From the NCBI GenBank assembly GCA_977017575.1, contig CDRNVI010000019.1, positions 62,001 through 126,000 on the forward strand: a stretch of DNA of 64,000 nucleotides. The letters are read 5' to 3'. The position numbers and the translations under genes were made by a program. The notes under the pieces were generated by a model. That model was not told the origin of the DNA and did no database searches. It saw only the letters and a list, made by a program, of their open reading frames with translations. Below are positions 63,077 to 64,000 of the stretch, in pieces. Origin of the DNA: Paramoeba atlantica (Eukaryota > Protista > Discosea). Positions within the stretch are counted from its first letter, which is position 1, and every line of letters starts with the position of its first letter.

Positions 63077-63733
63077 TTAGCCATTCTCTTCTACATCCCA
63101 CCTGACCAAGTCAACAAAAATATCTCTATGGGCGTGACGATGTTTTCGATACGATGCTGGGAGATCGTAACGCATTTCCGCAAGGAGGGTAGAAGTGATT
63201 TTACGCGTAGAAGTTGAACAACGTTCTGCCCATCGAGGAAAAAATTCCCTAGTTGATTTAAGATGCAGTGAATACACTCGTGGTGCTACACAGAGGGCTT
63301 CACTGACGAATAGCGTGTCTGCATGAGAACGCGACTTCGTGCCAAACGGAGGATTCATGATAGCTATATCGAAAGAAGAATGAAAGCACCGAGCAACTGA
63401 ACCGGGACGAACTTCATGTTTTATACCAGAAAATATTGAGCGCATTCCAATATCGTCCATGACGTTCTGCGCATGAGCCAGACTGCACTTGTCCACATCA
63501 ACTCCGACAACTGAGGCAGCTCCGAGCAAAGCGGATGCACAAGAAAGTGTCCCAGTACCGCATCCCAGATCTAAGATATGCAACCCTTCAAGCGACTGGT
63601 CTTCTTGTAGGCTCCATAGGCATCGAGCTGCAATATCCGGGGGTGTGAGATACTGTTCCAGTGTTATATCGGGGGATGAGAACTGGAAGTCTAACTCTCG
63701 AAGTGTGGCTTCAAGTTCCCACACACGGTACAT
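63077..63733 (-). CDS. METTL5: 18S rRNA m6A methyltransferase METTL5-like
   Basis: LEQY.TPP.IAA, LDLGCGTG.L, V.G.D.D, FD..IMNPPFGTK, VYSLH.KSTR. Confidence 0.9.
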   Translation of the reverse strand: MYRVWELEATLRELDFQFSSPDITLEQYLTPPDIAARCLWSLQEDQSLEGLHILDLGCGTGTLSCASALLGAASVVGVDVDKCSLAHAQNVMDDIGMRSIFSGIKHEVRPGSVARCFHSSFDIAIMNPPFGTKSRSHADTLFVSEALCVAPRVYSLHLKSTREFFPRWAERCSTSTRKITSTLLAEMRYDLPASYRKHRHAHRDIFVDLVRWDVEENG

Positions 63734-64000
63734 TATCTCCTCGTATAAGTCAGTCTTGTCATTCAGTATTGTAGATAATAATGGACCTCCTTTGCTTTAA
63801 AGCTAAAGTCAAAAGTATGTGTTCTTTAAGCACTTCTCACATTTGTGTATTGTATCACTTATAAGGGACTTTCAACGCGCATACATTCTAAAAATTTAGT
63901 TTTCCATTTTATTAGTAAACATCTCGATCAACCGTGTGATAAACACGTTCGCCATCCTACTCTTGATTCTAAACTACATCCAATCCGCTCCGCCCCTTCC

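Larger units (their letters stand above)
920..63733 (-). other. Unidirectional, intron-less gene array (kinetoplastid-type polycistronic unit)
   Basis: Every recognisable protein gene in the window is on the minus strand as a single uninterrupted ORF, usually with spacers of a few hundred bp. Pyrimidine tract + AG occurs just upstream of several ATGs (EF-Tu: GTAACTCTTTCACAG 7 nt before ATG; ASF1: TTTATTTTTTTGAAG-ATG). The taxon is inferred. Confidence 0.85.

Noticed and set aside
839-63800. Plus-strand ORFs in the track
   Set aside because: They are short antisense shadows of minus-strand genes or of repeats, and none has a recognisable motif.

Overview
Eukaryotic, intron-less, gene-dense DNA. 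All ~30 recognisable host genes lie on the minus strand with short AT-rich spacers, consistent with one polycistronic transcription unit of a kinetoplastid. The alpha-MPP, the RRM-like protein, W-x-x-A-L repeat PPR-like protein and LRR family fit this; a Perkinsela-like lineage is my inference and needs BLAST. Housekeeping genes include mitochondrial EF-P-like and EF-Tu, PGM3, glutathione synthetase, a Prp2-like DEAH helicase, alpha-MPP, a Qc-SNARE, ANP32-like, ASF1, NTM1, RPS15A, a MAP2K, a cullin, Aurora kinase and METTL5. Repeat-rich islands interrupt them at ~1.7-3.1 kb, ~5.0-5.3 kb, ~12.5-23.4 kb and ~44.4-46.3 kb. The main accessory feature is a young 5.7-kb tyrosine-recombinase retrotransposon (12868-18582). 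It has the VIPER/TATE gene order gag-YR-RT/RNaseH but 113-bp inverted terminal repeats (111/113 identical), with no internal complementary region or split direct repeats that I could find. It abuts a second inverted-repeat-bounded 1.2-kb block carrying a 78-bp tandem array. At least five distinct TA-flanked MITE-like elements point to Tc1/mariner-type DNA transposition, which trypanosomatids are reported to lack. Other oddities are a bacterial-type DUF2779 nuclease with a mitochondrial-like presequence, an alpha/beta hydrolase split by 28 copies of a 36-bp repeat, and a recurring GC-GAA-GC mini-hairpin motif. All assignments come from motif recognition by eye; no searches were run.
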